The notes under the pieces are model-generated. The model was not told where the DNA came from. It saw only the letters and a program-made list of their open reading frames with translations, and ran no database searches. A DNA stretch of 64,000 nucleotides from Podarcis erhardii (Eukaryota): assembly GCA_964252035.1 (NCBI GenBank), contig OZ176205.1. One strand, 5' to 3'. This document shows, one piece after another, positions 51,144 to 62,830 of the stretch (positions are counted from its first letter, which is position 1; every line of letters begins with the position of its first letter). The translations under genes were made by a program, and so were the position numbers.

Positions 51144-51745
51144 CCGTATTTTTCGCCCCATAGGACGCACCGGCCCATAGGATGCACCAAGTTTTTTTGG
51201 GGGGGAAATAAAGGGGGGAAAATTATCCCCCCCCCCGGGCGCTTGTGGGGCCGGCAGCGGGGAGAAGCGCTCTTCTCCCCGCCGCCCGCCTGCAGACCAG
51301 GTCCGGGGACAGCGGGAAGACACACTGCACCTCCCAGCTGTCCCCGGATCTTGCAGGGCAGGCAGCGGGGAGAAGCGCTCCTCTTCCCGCCGCCCGCCTG
51401 CAGACCAGGTCCGGGGATAGCAGGAAGACGCGCTGCGCCTCCCCGCTGTCCCCGGAGCTTGCGGGGCTGGCGGCAGGGAGAAGCACGCGTCTCCCCGCCG
51501 TCAGCCTCCAAACCACATCGGGAGACAGCGGGATGGCGGCGTTCCGCCTCCCCGCTGTCCCCCGACCTTGTGGGGCTGGCGCTGCGGCTCTCCTGAAGCC
51601 TGGAGAGCGAGAGGGGTCGGTGCGCACCGACCCCTCTCGCTCCCCAGGCTTCAGCGAAAGCCTGCATCCGCCCCATAGGACGCACACACATTTCCCCTTC
51701 ATTTTTGGAGGGGAAAAAGTGCGTCCTATAGGGCGAAAAATGCGG
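51144..51745. mobile_element. Tc2-like non-autonomous DNA transposon, 602 bp, GC-rich
   Basis: TA|CCGTATTTTTCGCCCCATAGGACGCAC ... GTGCGTCCTATAGGGCGAAAAATGCGG|TA. Confidence 0.92.
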
Positions 51746-52867
51746 TATTCATACCAGGTTATGTGAAACTGCTAGCTTTAGTCATGGATTCGGAAATGGT
51801 CAACTTCTTGACAGCTGGCAAGGACCTACAAAACAGGACTCCAACCATAGCTGATTAGTTTGATAAGATATGGACCATCATAACAATGATTAAACTGACA
51901 TACTACAGAAGACAATGGGCAGTCAAGTACGTTTATGGAAAGATGGTCCCTTTTTGATGTATTGGAACATACTGACAATAAAATGCCCAAGTCATAGAAG
52001 ACCTTCACTTTATTGCAAAGATATAGATAATGACTCATGCTTGTACAAAGTCCATGTGAATACTGAACTCGGTATCTTAATTTAAAAAACATGGTTACCT
52101 GTCAATCTAACTAGAAAGGTGATGTCATCTCAATTCTCTAAATGGTTAATGTCTTACTTGTTTTTTAAAAGCAGTTTTGTCAAGTCAATCCCAAAGCAAA
52201 AGAAAAGAAAAAGAAAAAGCCTTATCTGTTTGACTCTTGAACTTCCTTTCTCATACAGCAAACAGCAGCTGGTGGGCAACCCACTCAAAATCCTTTGATT
52301 AATGTGGTCAAGAATAATATCTCAAGGGATGATGGCCCAGAATTCTTTCAACTGATACGTGTATATGCATTTGGGGGCAAAAAGGCAGAGAGAAGATGTC
52401 ACTGACCACAAAAACAAACAATCTCTTATTTCTCGCATGTGAGAACTCCTCGTATTTGCATAGTCTCTATCTCATCTCAGACCAACACCTTCTCTAGACT
52501 TGCCATGGGAGGTGTTGTAAGCTCAGCCAAAAGTAAACAGGGAGTTGGAAGATATTATGCTGAAGATAAGCAGCTATATAATTGTGAAGAGCTGTTGTCA
52601 TCCAGGAACTCAAAATAGCTTCCCTCTTATGAAACATTTGGGGACAATGCTTGAGAAGCCCAGTGATATAAAACTACCTGAGATATAGCACAGCGATGGA
52701 AGCTGTGATTGAAAAAATGTATCTAATTCAAATATTTAGCAGGATAAGTGGTTGCACCACCTGAGATATGCATGTGGGTAGGATTGCATGTCTGAACGTT
52801 CTCCCCCTGCCTCACACCTCTCTGCCTATGCACACTAGCACATGAGAGATGAGGCTTCTTTCTGAAG

Positions 52868-53028
52868 TTACATGCACACCATACATTTAAATCATCTGGC
52901 TTCCCCAAAAGTATCCTGGGAACTGTAGTCTATTAAGGGTGCTGGGAAATATAGCTCTGTTGGGGGCGAAACTACAGTTCCCATGATTCTTTGGGGAAAG
53001 CCATGTGCTTTAAGAGTTTGGTGTGGGT
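52868..53028. mobile_element. Squamate MITE-like repeat (related copy at about 53255-53452)
   Basis: Both copies share CCTGGGAACTGT...GTGCTGGGAA...CCCA(T/A)GATTCTTTGGGGAAAGC; the second has TTTAAAGC...TATACCACTTTAG inverted ends. Confidence 0.6.
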
Positions 53029-54894
53029 GGAACCAGAGTCTTTGCTCTGATGTGCTAACTTTGCATAATTAGAGAATTATCGGGGGGTTGGTGATTCAGA
53101 AGAGTTATTTTATGAGAGATTTCAGCAGCCCAGTAATGTGCTAGCCACCAACAGAAGCAAGTTGTTCCTATATTGCACAACCTGGCAATGTCCTACAAAG
53201 GATTTTCCAGACAATTATTTTGAGAATAAAATAAAAAAGAGGGAGGGAGGAACTGTTTAAAGCACTCTTATACCACTTTAGCAAACACGCCCCCGCCCCC
53301 ACAGTCCTGGGAACTGTGGTTTGTTAAGTGTGCTGGGAATTGTAGCACTATGAGGGCTCTCCCAGTAACTCTCAGCACCCTTAAACTAGAGTTTCCCAAG
53401 ATTCTTTGGGGAAAGCAATAACTGCTAAAGTGGTATAAGGCGGCTTTAAATTTATGGGGTGGAAGTGACCAGAGTTTTCAAATGCAGAAGATGAGTGTCT
53501 ATTCCAGCTGAAAGTGTGGAACAGGAGAGAGGAAATATCCATAATAGACACTCAATACATACTTTCCATGAGCTACTAATATTTCCCCTCCCCTTCGTCT
53601 TATTTGTAAGCCTGTTTGAAACCCACACTGGTCTAGAGATAAGTTAAAAGTAACCTCAGAGAGAACGTTTTGAAAAAGTCCACTAGTGGGAAGCTCTGCA
53701 GCTTTTCACTTAGCTAATGCGTTTTTCGGCAAGTTTTTAGTCAGCGATACTGAGTCATATGCAAAGAGTCCAAAAGTGGGGGGTGGGGGTGGAGTGGAGG
53801 TGGAAGAAACGCCTCATACCAAAACTCCTACTTACTGAATGAATCTTTTCAATTTGCTTTAGTATTAACTTGATAAGATAGCCCAAGCAGAAATGCTGGC
53901 CAGGGCACTGAAGAATGCTTCCTCGAACAGACAGCAATCTCATATAAATCAAGTTAGAAAACTGAGCTGCTTCTGTCGATAAGAATTTTTCTAGCAAATA
54001 CGCAGGCTCCCAGAAAATATTTGTTACAAATTGGTCCTTGTGCAAACACAACCAGACATACATATAATTTTCGCTCCCCTTTTCCAAGGCTTAAATGAGA
54101 AACACCACAAAGCTCTTGATCCTCCCTTAAGGTTCAGCCTTTGGATTTTTAAAATGTATTGTGAATTAAGCTTCAAGTGTTATCTAAAGAAACCATAAAT
54201 ATGAGTTTGGGGTTACTCAAAAATTGAAGGGAAAGCCATTTACTTTTTTTAAGACTCTTTTTAAACAGGAATATAATCAAATATTACTCTCAAAAACATT
54301 TGAAAATGTGTTGTATTTAGAAACCATGTTGAAGTAATCATGACATCCATGAAATGAAATATACAGTACAGTTCAACCTGTTAACATTTTAAAAACTAAT
54401 AACCTAGCCAAAGCAGAGTTAAGAGACTGAAGTCAGGAGCCAGTCAGGAAATGTCAAGAATTCAAAGTGTGCATAATGCTGGCTCGTGCACAAAGAGATC
54501 AAGACAGTAGGCAGGAAGGGAAGTGGAGCTTGTGATGGCCCAGACAGGAAAATGAAGCAGAATATTAGTACTGTATTGAGAAGCATACCCACCAAGGAAG
54601 AACTGACTGGATAGCTTCCTGTAGATACCCTGGCAAAAAGGAGGAAACCATATGCACCTCAATACACAACAAATGTTTGCCGAGAAATCATCAGTGGCAT
54701 GATACAGAAGTCACTGTATAACAGATCTGGACTCCACAATGCTGGCAGCTTTTAGTTCATATAAAGACTCTTGAAGACAGCAAAATATCTTCAGGCTCAT
54801 CCTCAAGTTACTCCTAGAGATGGGATGGTGTTGCAACATGACAGACTTCATTTTTGTTAAACTGCTAACAAACTGCAACTAACTACTGCAGAAG

Positions 54895-55220
54895 ATTATC
54901 CAGCTTGGGAATGACCTCCCTAGTGAGATGCGCCCGCCTCCATCATTATTAACTTTCAGGAGGAATATGAGAACATTCCTGTTTATCCAGGCATTCGGTG
55001 ACTGAAGAATACTGTTCCTGGCAACCCTGGGATCACTGGATGGAAGAGTGGTTTTAACCTCAACTGCTTTTAGAATGTTCTTAACTGTAATAGTCTTTCA
55101 ACTCTTTTAAATGGATTTGCTATGTTTATGCTTTGTGTTTGTTTCTAAATTGTGGATTTGTTTGCCACCCTGGGCTCCTTTGGAAGGGTGGGATATAAAT
55201 TCAATCAACAATAATAATTT
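54895..55220 (+). mobile_element. Old L2 3' end
   Basis: TGGGAATGACCTCCCTAGTGAG...ACTTTCAGGAGGAATATGAGAACATTCCTGTTT, then a T-rich UTR and GCCACCCTGGGCTCCTTTGGAAGGGTGGGATATAAAT tail. Confidence 0.6.
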
Positions 55221-56931
55221 GACAGTAACTGCAGAGGCCATTTTCACAGCTCATGTTGCTGTGCAAAGAGGTCAAATAAGGCCACAGTCACCATCCCTGC
55301 TGGCCTCAAAAACTATGATCACAAGGGACGTCAGACACTGGCCTCGAGATATCATTAACTTTTGTTTTCAGTTGCTGCAGCTTGTAGGTTTCTAAGAAAA
55401 GCTATAATTAGGTGGCTTATTAATGAAACAGCTTTAATACTGGCAACTCGGGGACAATGCAGAACATGCTGTGCATTACTTTCAACTATTTAATTGCATG
55501 CAGAAAAATAGTGCTGAGCAATTCCACGGTTCACAAAAATGCAACAGTGGAGAATGGGGAAGCTTTGTCCATTTATTTATTTTTTTTAAAGGATAATAGT
55601 CAACACACTTGAAAATTGTTGTACCTTTACGTGTTAACCACCAAAACATGCTGTAGCAACAACATGCTGATACATATGTATCGTAAGACAGAAACCAGTA
55701 TAAGCACAGACGGCCTGGGCTCTTGCAAATAATCCAGTGGAAACAGAACACTGCTGTTACTGTTCTTGGAATGTCCTATGGTGGGGGGTTTTTATTGTTA
55801 ATGTTCTGTTGGAACTCCTGGCAAAATGAAACTTCATGAAATGCAAAAGCTCACTCTGTTTTCCCCCTACTGCAGCAGTGGTGAATCTCTTGCCCACTGG
55901 CCAAATAAGGCCTGGCACAAATCCCAGTCCTGCCTGTTCCACACCCACCTGAATGACCTCACGTCTCACAGAGAATTGTGAAAGTCATTATCTTCTTGTT
56001 CATGTGACCTCCAGAAGTTAAATTATCCTCTATGTCAAAGAAACAAAGCAAATGAATTGCCCTTCCTCAGGTTTAAAACATGTGAACAGGCATCAGTTTG
56101 AGGAACCTCACTAAAATTTAAAACATATATTCCAAAGGTCATCATTTTTACCACGATTTCCTACTTTGTGGTTTATCTTTCCTGAAAACGGGAGTTGAAT
56201 ATAACAAAAAAAAAAAATCCATCAGAGATTCTGAAAATGTGCCGTTTAAATCTTTACAGGAGATAAGAATTTGCCAGCACATGCTGGCTCCCTGCTGCCA
56301 ATTGTACTGTCAAGAATTCCTAGACAGAAACTAAGATGCGTGATTATTACTTGGCTTACTGTGGTTCCGTTTCTGCAACAGATTTTATCTACACTGCTAT
56401 ACGACAAAACAATAATCTGCCTAGGCTAGGATATTATCTTGTCCATGTATATCAGCATGCAAAATTATTAACATTAGTCAGCTGCCAAGGTGCCGTCAAC
56501 AGATTTCAAACAAAACCTCAGTTATTGATAACTGAAAAGTTCCTGATCTAACTTTGCTGAACAGGGCACCAACAAACACCAGAATCTGAATTTAAAGACT
56601 GCTTTGTATATGTTTCCATGCTCTCACAGGACAGCAGCTTAAGAAGATCAGCAGTAGCATAAAAGCTTCCCTGCACCACAGCTCATCCTCCAAGACTTTT
56701 CTTCCCTTGCAATGTGCCATTACAGGAGGGCACTGTTGCAGGTTGAACTCTCAGTTCATTGGGGGGGGGGTAGTGATGAGGCAAGTGCCCTACATGAACT
56801 TAGCCCCTGTCTCAGAACCTTTTGCAACCTGCTGATCTTCAGCAAGGGACTCAAAGGGGTCCCTGAATGCAGAACATTTAGAACACCACCATGATAAAAT
56901 GTATAAAAGGTGATAGTCTCATATATACTGG

Positions 56932-57768
56932 CAACTCCCATCTCTTGCGGGGGTGCAATTAGTGCCAGCACCGTCCGTTAAGAGTTTAGGTGTAATCTTC
57001 GATACCTCCCTCTCCATGGAGGCGCAGATTGCAGCTATAACAAAGGCGGCATTTTTTCATCTCCGCCAGGCTAAGCAGTTGGCTCCTTACCTCTCTCGCC
57101 CTGACCTAGCCACTGTGATCCACGCGACGGTCACCTCCAGACTGGATTATTGTAACTCGCTCTACGTGGGGCTGCCCTTAAGACTGACCCAGAAACTCCA
57201 GCGGGTGCAGAATGCTGCAGCGAGACTCCTTACGGGGTCTTCGCTTAGAGATCACATTCATCCGGTGCTATACAAGCTGCACTGGCTCCCGGTGGAGTAC
57301 AGGATCAGGTTTAAGGTGCTGGTTTTAACCTTCAAAGCCCTATACGGCCTAGGGCCCTCGTACCTACGGGACCGCCTCTCCTGGTATGCCCCACAGAGGA
57401 ACTTACGGTCTTCAAATAAAAACACCTTGAAGGTCCCAAGCCACAGAGAGGTTAGGCTGGCCTCAACTAGAGCCAGGGCTTTTTCGGCTGCGGCTCCAAC
57501 CTGGTGGAACGCTCTGTCACAAGAGACAAGGGCCCTGCAGGACTTGACATCTTTCCGCAGGGCCTGCAAGACAGAGCTGTTCCACCTGGCCTTTGGTCAG
57601 GGCGCAGCCTGACTCCCTCCTTTGGCAATCTTTACAAGACTTTAGTTTATGGTTGCCATCAATTTTGATTTTACTTCATTTTTATAATGTTTTATAATGT
57701 TGTACTGTTTTAGTGTTGTTAGCCGCCCTGAGCCCGGCTTTGGCTGGGGAGGGCGGGATATAAATAAA

Positions 57769-57816
<48 letters not shown>
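56932..57816 (+). mobile_element. Young 5'-truncated L2 LINE (uninterrupted C-terminal ORF2 219 aa, 3'UTR, (TAT)n tail)
   Basis: ORF 56953..57612 with VKSLGVIFD, SRLDYCNSLYVGLP, QRVQNAAARLLTG, LHWLPVEYRIRFK and FSAAAPTWWNAL motifs; many CpGs retained; flanked by TATACTGG (56924-56931, 57817-57824). Confidence 0.95.

Positions 57817-57819
<3 letters not shown>
57770..57819. repeat. (TAT)n microsatellite (L2 tail)
   Basis: About 16 units directly after the L2 3'UTR. Confidence 0.95.
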
Positions 57820-57820
<1 letters not shown>

Positions 57821-58229
57821 CTGGACTCAATCCACTGAGCTTCTAATAAGGTGAGTTTCCTGCTATGAATTGTGCCTAGAAAAACTATTCCAAAATTATG
57901 AGGGTAACATGCAGGGATGGAGCAGAATTTCTTTTTAAGTAAACTGATGTAATTCTACACCTCTTAAACCAATATATGGCTCAGAACACTTCTGACTTTT
58001 GCAATGAATTTCAAGCTAAAAGAGTACCAGAATGCTTACATTATTTGGGACTTCAGATTGGGCTTCTGTAATATTTGTGTTTGGAATTTCTGGTTTTACT
58101 GGACTGAGTGCTGCTTTAGTGCTCGATCTGGCCACACTACAGCTATTTCTTACTTTTGATTGTTATCACCTGGGTTTTTTGGTTTTCTTTTAAATTAAGA
58201 TTTTTAAAAAATATACAGCATTGTTTAGG

Positions 58230-58346
58230 GAAGCTTTTAATGTTAATAGACTATTGTATTTTAATATTCTGTTGGAAGCCACCCAGAGTGGTTGCGGAAA
58301 CCCAGCCAGATGGGCGGGGTATAAATAATAAATTATTATTATTATT
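58230..58346 (+). mobile_element. L2 3'UTR tail fragment
   Basis: TGGAAGCCACCCAGAGTGGTTGCGGAAACCCAGCCAGATGGGCGGGGTATAAATAATAAATTATT; same family as 740-815. Confidence 0.75.
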
Positions 58347-59224
58347 AAATTTGCTTGTAATAAATATGTCATTGTCTGTTGCCTTGTAAAATCCTCCCCC
58401 TCCAAGGGTAGGATATAAATCAATTCAATATTATTAAATAAAGCAGTTAACTTTAATCAATTACATTCTTTCAGGGGAAGAGCTCAAGCTCCTGCCCTAG
58501 CTCCTGCCCGCCCTGTTCCTTTAACTTCCCTTCCTTCTGTCAGAGGGGGTGGAGATATCCCACACAGGACTTCAAAATGCATTTACGCTCAATACTCCTT
58601 CCTGTTATCTACTTCCTGTGCCTCAGAACCAAAGCCAGCCTTCTCTTCTTCTAAATGTTCCTTAATAGCCTGCTGTCATGGCTCATCTTATGCTGGTTCT
58701 TAAAGGCTGCGTAATCCACATCTATTTACTGCATCTTTATTTATCAGAGAGACAAGTACCCTGCCCTAAGGAAACTGCACTCTGCTTTTGTGAAGCTCTC
58801 TGTACATTCTGGGTTAAAATATACAAAGCCTTTGGAAGCGTACCAAATATCCAAACCCTCACTTGAAGTCAAGTGTGTGGCAGCATGAGCTATTTCTAAT
58901 TCTTGATTCTATCTGCACAGTCAGCCTTTCCCCTCTTCATGATACACTACTGCTTTTCTCTTCGATATTTACAGAAACAAGTGCCTTAGAAATTCTCTTT
59001 ATGGCTGTAAAGGCCTTTGAGCTGAAATTATGCCACTATCTAGAGTGCAGTTATAGTTTAGTAAAAGATTCCTTTGCAAACCAGACTCTCCATCTATGCA
59101 TTTATAATTGAAGGACTGAAACCCCTTGGCTGATTGCTGCATAGTATATGTTTGCCACTCTTAATTGCACACAAATAGGTGATAGAAACTGCAAAGGAAA
59201 TAAGAATTCAGTCACCTTGGCTGT

Positions 59225-59560
59225 TGAGTCCCGGAAGACCTGCTCCCTGCCTTGCAGGCCTATTTGTGCCAGGCCTGGGAGGGGCCCTGACTGACTGCAA
59301 TGGCTGAGGCTGGTGAACAGTCTTGGGCTGGGTGTGTGTGATTTTGGGGGAGGGGGCTGTTGCTATATTTTTGTTTATTACCATCTTCATTTTAGATCTT
59401 GTGATAAATGTGGAAATTTTCAATTTGGTGGTGTATTTTTTAATGTTTTATTTATTGTTTATGGCAACTTTTGTTATTATGTAGTTATGCATTTGTTCCA
59501 TGTTGTAAGCCACCTTGAGCATGGTTTGAACTGTAGAAAGGTGGCATACAAATAAAATTA
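59225..59560 (+). mobile_element. L2-like 3'UTR fragment
   Basis: T-rich body ending TGTAAGCCACCTTGAGCATGG...GAAAGGTGGCATACAAATAAAATTA. Confidence 0.55.
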
Positions 59561-59601
59561 TGTATACATAATAGGAGGAATGGGTGGGTGGATAAAATAT
59601 A

Positions 59602-59962
59602 AAAGGTAAAGGTAAAGGTACCCCTGCCCGTACGGGCCAGTCTTGACAGACTCTAGGGTTGTGCGCTCATCTCACTCTAGAGGCTGGGAGCCAGCGCTGT
59701 CCGCAGACACTTCCGGGTCACATGGCCAGCGTGACAAGCTGCATCTGGTGAGCCAGCACAGCACACGGAAACACCGTTTACCTTCCCGCTGGTAAGCTGT
59801 CCCTATTTATCTACTTGCACCCAGGGGTGCTTTCGAACTGCTAGGTTGGCATGCCCTGGGACCGAACGACGGGAGCTCACCCCGCCGCGGGGATTCGAAC
59901 CGCTGACCATGCGATCGGCAAGTCCTAGGCGCTGAGGTTTTACCCACAGAGCCACCCGCGTC
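59602..59962 (-). mobile_element. Near full-length Sauria SINE
   Basis: Minus strand GACGCGGGTGGCTCTGTGGGTAAAACC...GGTTCGAATCCCCGC (B box)...ending in (ACCTTT)n; perfect 12-bp TSD GGATAAAATATA (59590-59601, 59963-59974). Confidence 0.95.
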
Positions 59963-62406
59963 GGATAAAATATACTACTACTTAAAAAAAAACAAAAAAC
60001 ACAACCCCCCCCTTTTTGCACCTTCTTAGGCCTACATGTTTTCATAATAAGTTTCCCAGAAATCCAGGTAACTATTGTGGAAACTTCAAACCACTTGCTG
60101 CTGTTCTTGTATCAAAGAAGTGAATTTCTGCATTGTTCAGAGCACCAGACTTGCTTCTGACATTACTTTCAAAGACATGCTCTTGCATATATGTAACATT
60201 AAAGTGTATTACACTTGAATGATCATCGTAGTACCTAGGAAAAGTTTCTGATGATTTACCTAACTTCCATACTGCCTAGGGAAGGGAAGATTCTGCATGC
60301 AGTATTCCACCCATCTCTAAGAATTATACTGAATGCATCTCCCAGCATTCTGAATTTCAAAGCTCTTAATTTCAGTACTTGGTTTCAAAGAATGTATGTG
60401 ACAGACGAGTGACAGGTTCAATTATCAATGCTGCGGCACCAACTATTTTATTTGTAACGTATGGTCAATCAGAAGAAATCAACACTACGGAGTTGTCCCA
60501 TGAAATCCAAACCAGAAATACATCGTTTAAGAGCTACCTGCAAACTAGGATTTCTGCAATGCAGATCAAACTGTGGCTTGTGGGGCATGCTTGAACCACA
60601 GTTACCCAGTTTGGACATTATAGGAAACAAATTTAACAAACCAGGAAGTCTCTTCTCTAGTCAGCCTTGTTTTAAGGAGGAAGGGGAGGGCAAGAGGACT
60701 ACTGATACCCTGTGCCCAACAGCCCCCAGAAATTTGAAACTAGCCCTGGGCATATGCTTACCAGATCTAATATAAAAAATGGATAATATATTACCCCCCC
60801 CACACACACACACATGCTGTTTGCAACACAAACACATTACATTACGTCAAAGTATTAAGGAATTACATTGCTAGGCTTTTAGGACTTGACAAGAGATGTA
60901 CATTTTAAAGTGATTGTTTGCACATTAAGTAACACTTCCATTAAATTGCCAGGGCTACGAAAAACACCCCACAACAAATAGACATTTTCTCGCTTTCCCT
61001 CAGAGACAAAGGCAGATTCTTGAAGCATTACAACACACCTCATTCTGTATATTTTTAACTTTGGAGTTCATCACAAGAATAACCAAACTAAGTTAAACAA
61101 ATCTTTAATCCTCAGCAAGTAAATGCCCTGCATTCCAGATCCAGAAGTTACCATGACCCATTTCCTGAAATACTAATTCTCCTATTACACACCAATACTA
61201 ATCCACTTACTACGAACAGACTGTCATTTTCAAGGCAAACATTCACTTTGAGCCATTGTTACAAAAAGCTTCTCCCACAACTCCATAGTATTTATTTACT
61301 GATAAATCAGGGTCTTGTGGAAGAACTCCTTGACACAATAAAATGGCAGGCAGCAAATCAGTCTAATGATATCCCATCACCACCCTTTTGAACTGCAAGT
61401 GTTCATTTAATCACCAATAAGCAGAATGCAACAGCACTGATTGGGATCAAAGTGCTCATGTGTCTTTGAAAGTTGCATGGCAGGGATAGATTCTAAGCCC
61501 AGAATACTGGGGAAATGAGCAGCTGCATCTGTCAAAGCAGCTGCTAAAAGTCTAGAAGCTCCCTCCGCACCACAAACTGGCAATCCTATTAAGGGCTACG
61601 CTTTAAATACAGGTAGTTATAAACAACTTCATCCTATGCAGCCAAGCTGGTGCTGAATGTATTGCTCTGCTTTATTTGGACCACATCAGCAAGGCCAAGA
61701 GGGGGGTCTTGTTGTCTAGGAAGCCCAGGACCTCCATACACACTGCCCAGGCTTGCACCCCAAAGTGGTCACTTCAGTGGTGTTAATGCTGCAAAAGCAA
61801 CACAGGAGGCAGCAGGTACGAGTTACCAGTGTCTGCAGCCACAGCAGGTGCTGTGATTCTCCAGTGCTTTGACCTCACCCCCAAAGGCACACTCTATTAC
61901 CTCTGAAGACAGACGGATGCCTACCTCATCCTATGCCTCATGTTAGCTGCTGCAGCACAAGCTGTAGAGGTGAGTGAGGCAGAAGTAAGCACGCTGAACC
62001 CCTCTGAAATATATATATATTGCCAGCAGCAATATTTGCTTTTGCTGGTGTGCTTCTGCAACGATCCTGTTGAATTTGGCCTGCTCCAACTGCTTTATGA
62101 TGTTGCAAACAGCTGAGTGGCTCCTAGATGTTACTTCTTTCCCTAACAGTAGCCGCAGTGTAAGAGGAAGAACTTTTTTGTGGGTACAGCACAAGACTGC
62201 AACACACTGAGACACGATCAAACAGGCATAGGGAAATCGGGGAGTTGATTTGTACACCGTCACAGTAAGCAGCAAGACTAATTATAAAACTGCTATGAGT
62301 TAACAGCTCTTTTCATAACAGCCTCGTAAAGCCACCTGCTATTCATATAGCCACATTACAACCACATAACATTTTACTTTCAGGGTTGACTTTCTTCTAT
62401 AAACCT

Positions 62407-62830
62407 GCTAGCGGGAAGTGTCCAGCACTGTCCGGGAATTCGAAGGAAAAGAAAATAGAGTTTTTTTAATCTGTTGAGTTGTAGGACACACACAACAACC
62501 CAAGGCTCCACGTTGGGAACCTTGTGCCAAGTTTGTTATAGTACATGAAGAGGCATCCAAATTGGTGCAGGTTGGAACTGTCACACCAAATTTGGCAAAG
62601 AGTCACCAAAAGCGGTGGTATCTTCAGAAGTGTTCAAACTGACATAGCTTGGACCTGTTACGTCAAAAAATAGGCAAAGTCACATCAAAGTGACATTTCG
62701 GTATTCACAAAGACTACCACCTCTGCACCGAGAACCCTCATGCAAAGTTTGGCAACAGTATCTTGAGAGGTGACCAAACCCATAGAGAACAGGCAGATAG
62801 ACAAACTACTTTCCAAAATACATAGTAGAT
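62407..62830. mobile_element. Possible non-autonomous Helitron/Helentron-like element
   Basis: Starts near GCTAG, contains internal CCAAATTTGG-type repeats, and ends GATAGACAAACTACTTTCCAAAATACATAGTAGAT with a short CTACT/AGTAG inverted repeat. Family assignment is from memory only. Confidence 0.3.

Noticed and set aside
51119-51766. 117-190 aa ORFs on both strands
   Set aside because: Produced by the GC-rich 108-bp triplication inside a Tc2-like MITE.
56953-57612. Host gene or autonomous retrotransposon
   Set aside because: It is only the C-terminal part of L2 ORF2; no endonuclease or complete RT domain.
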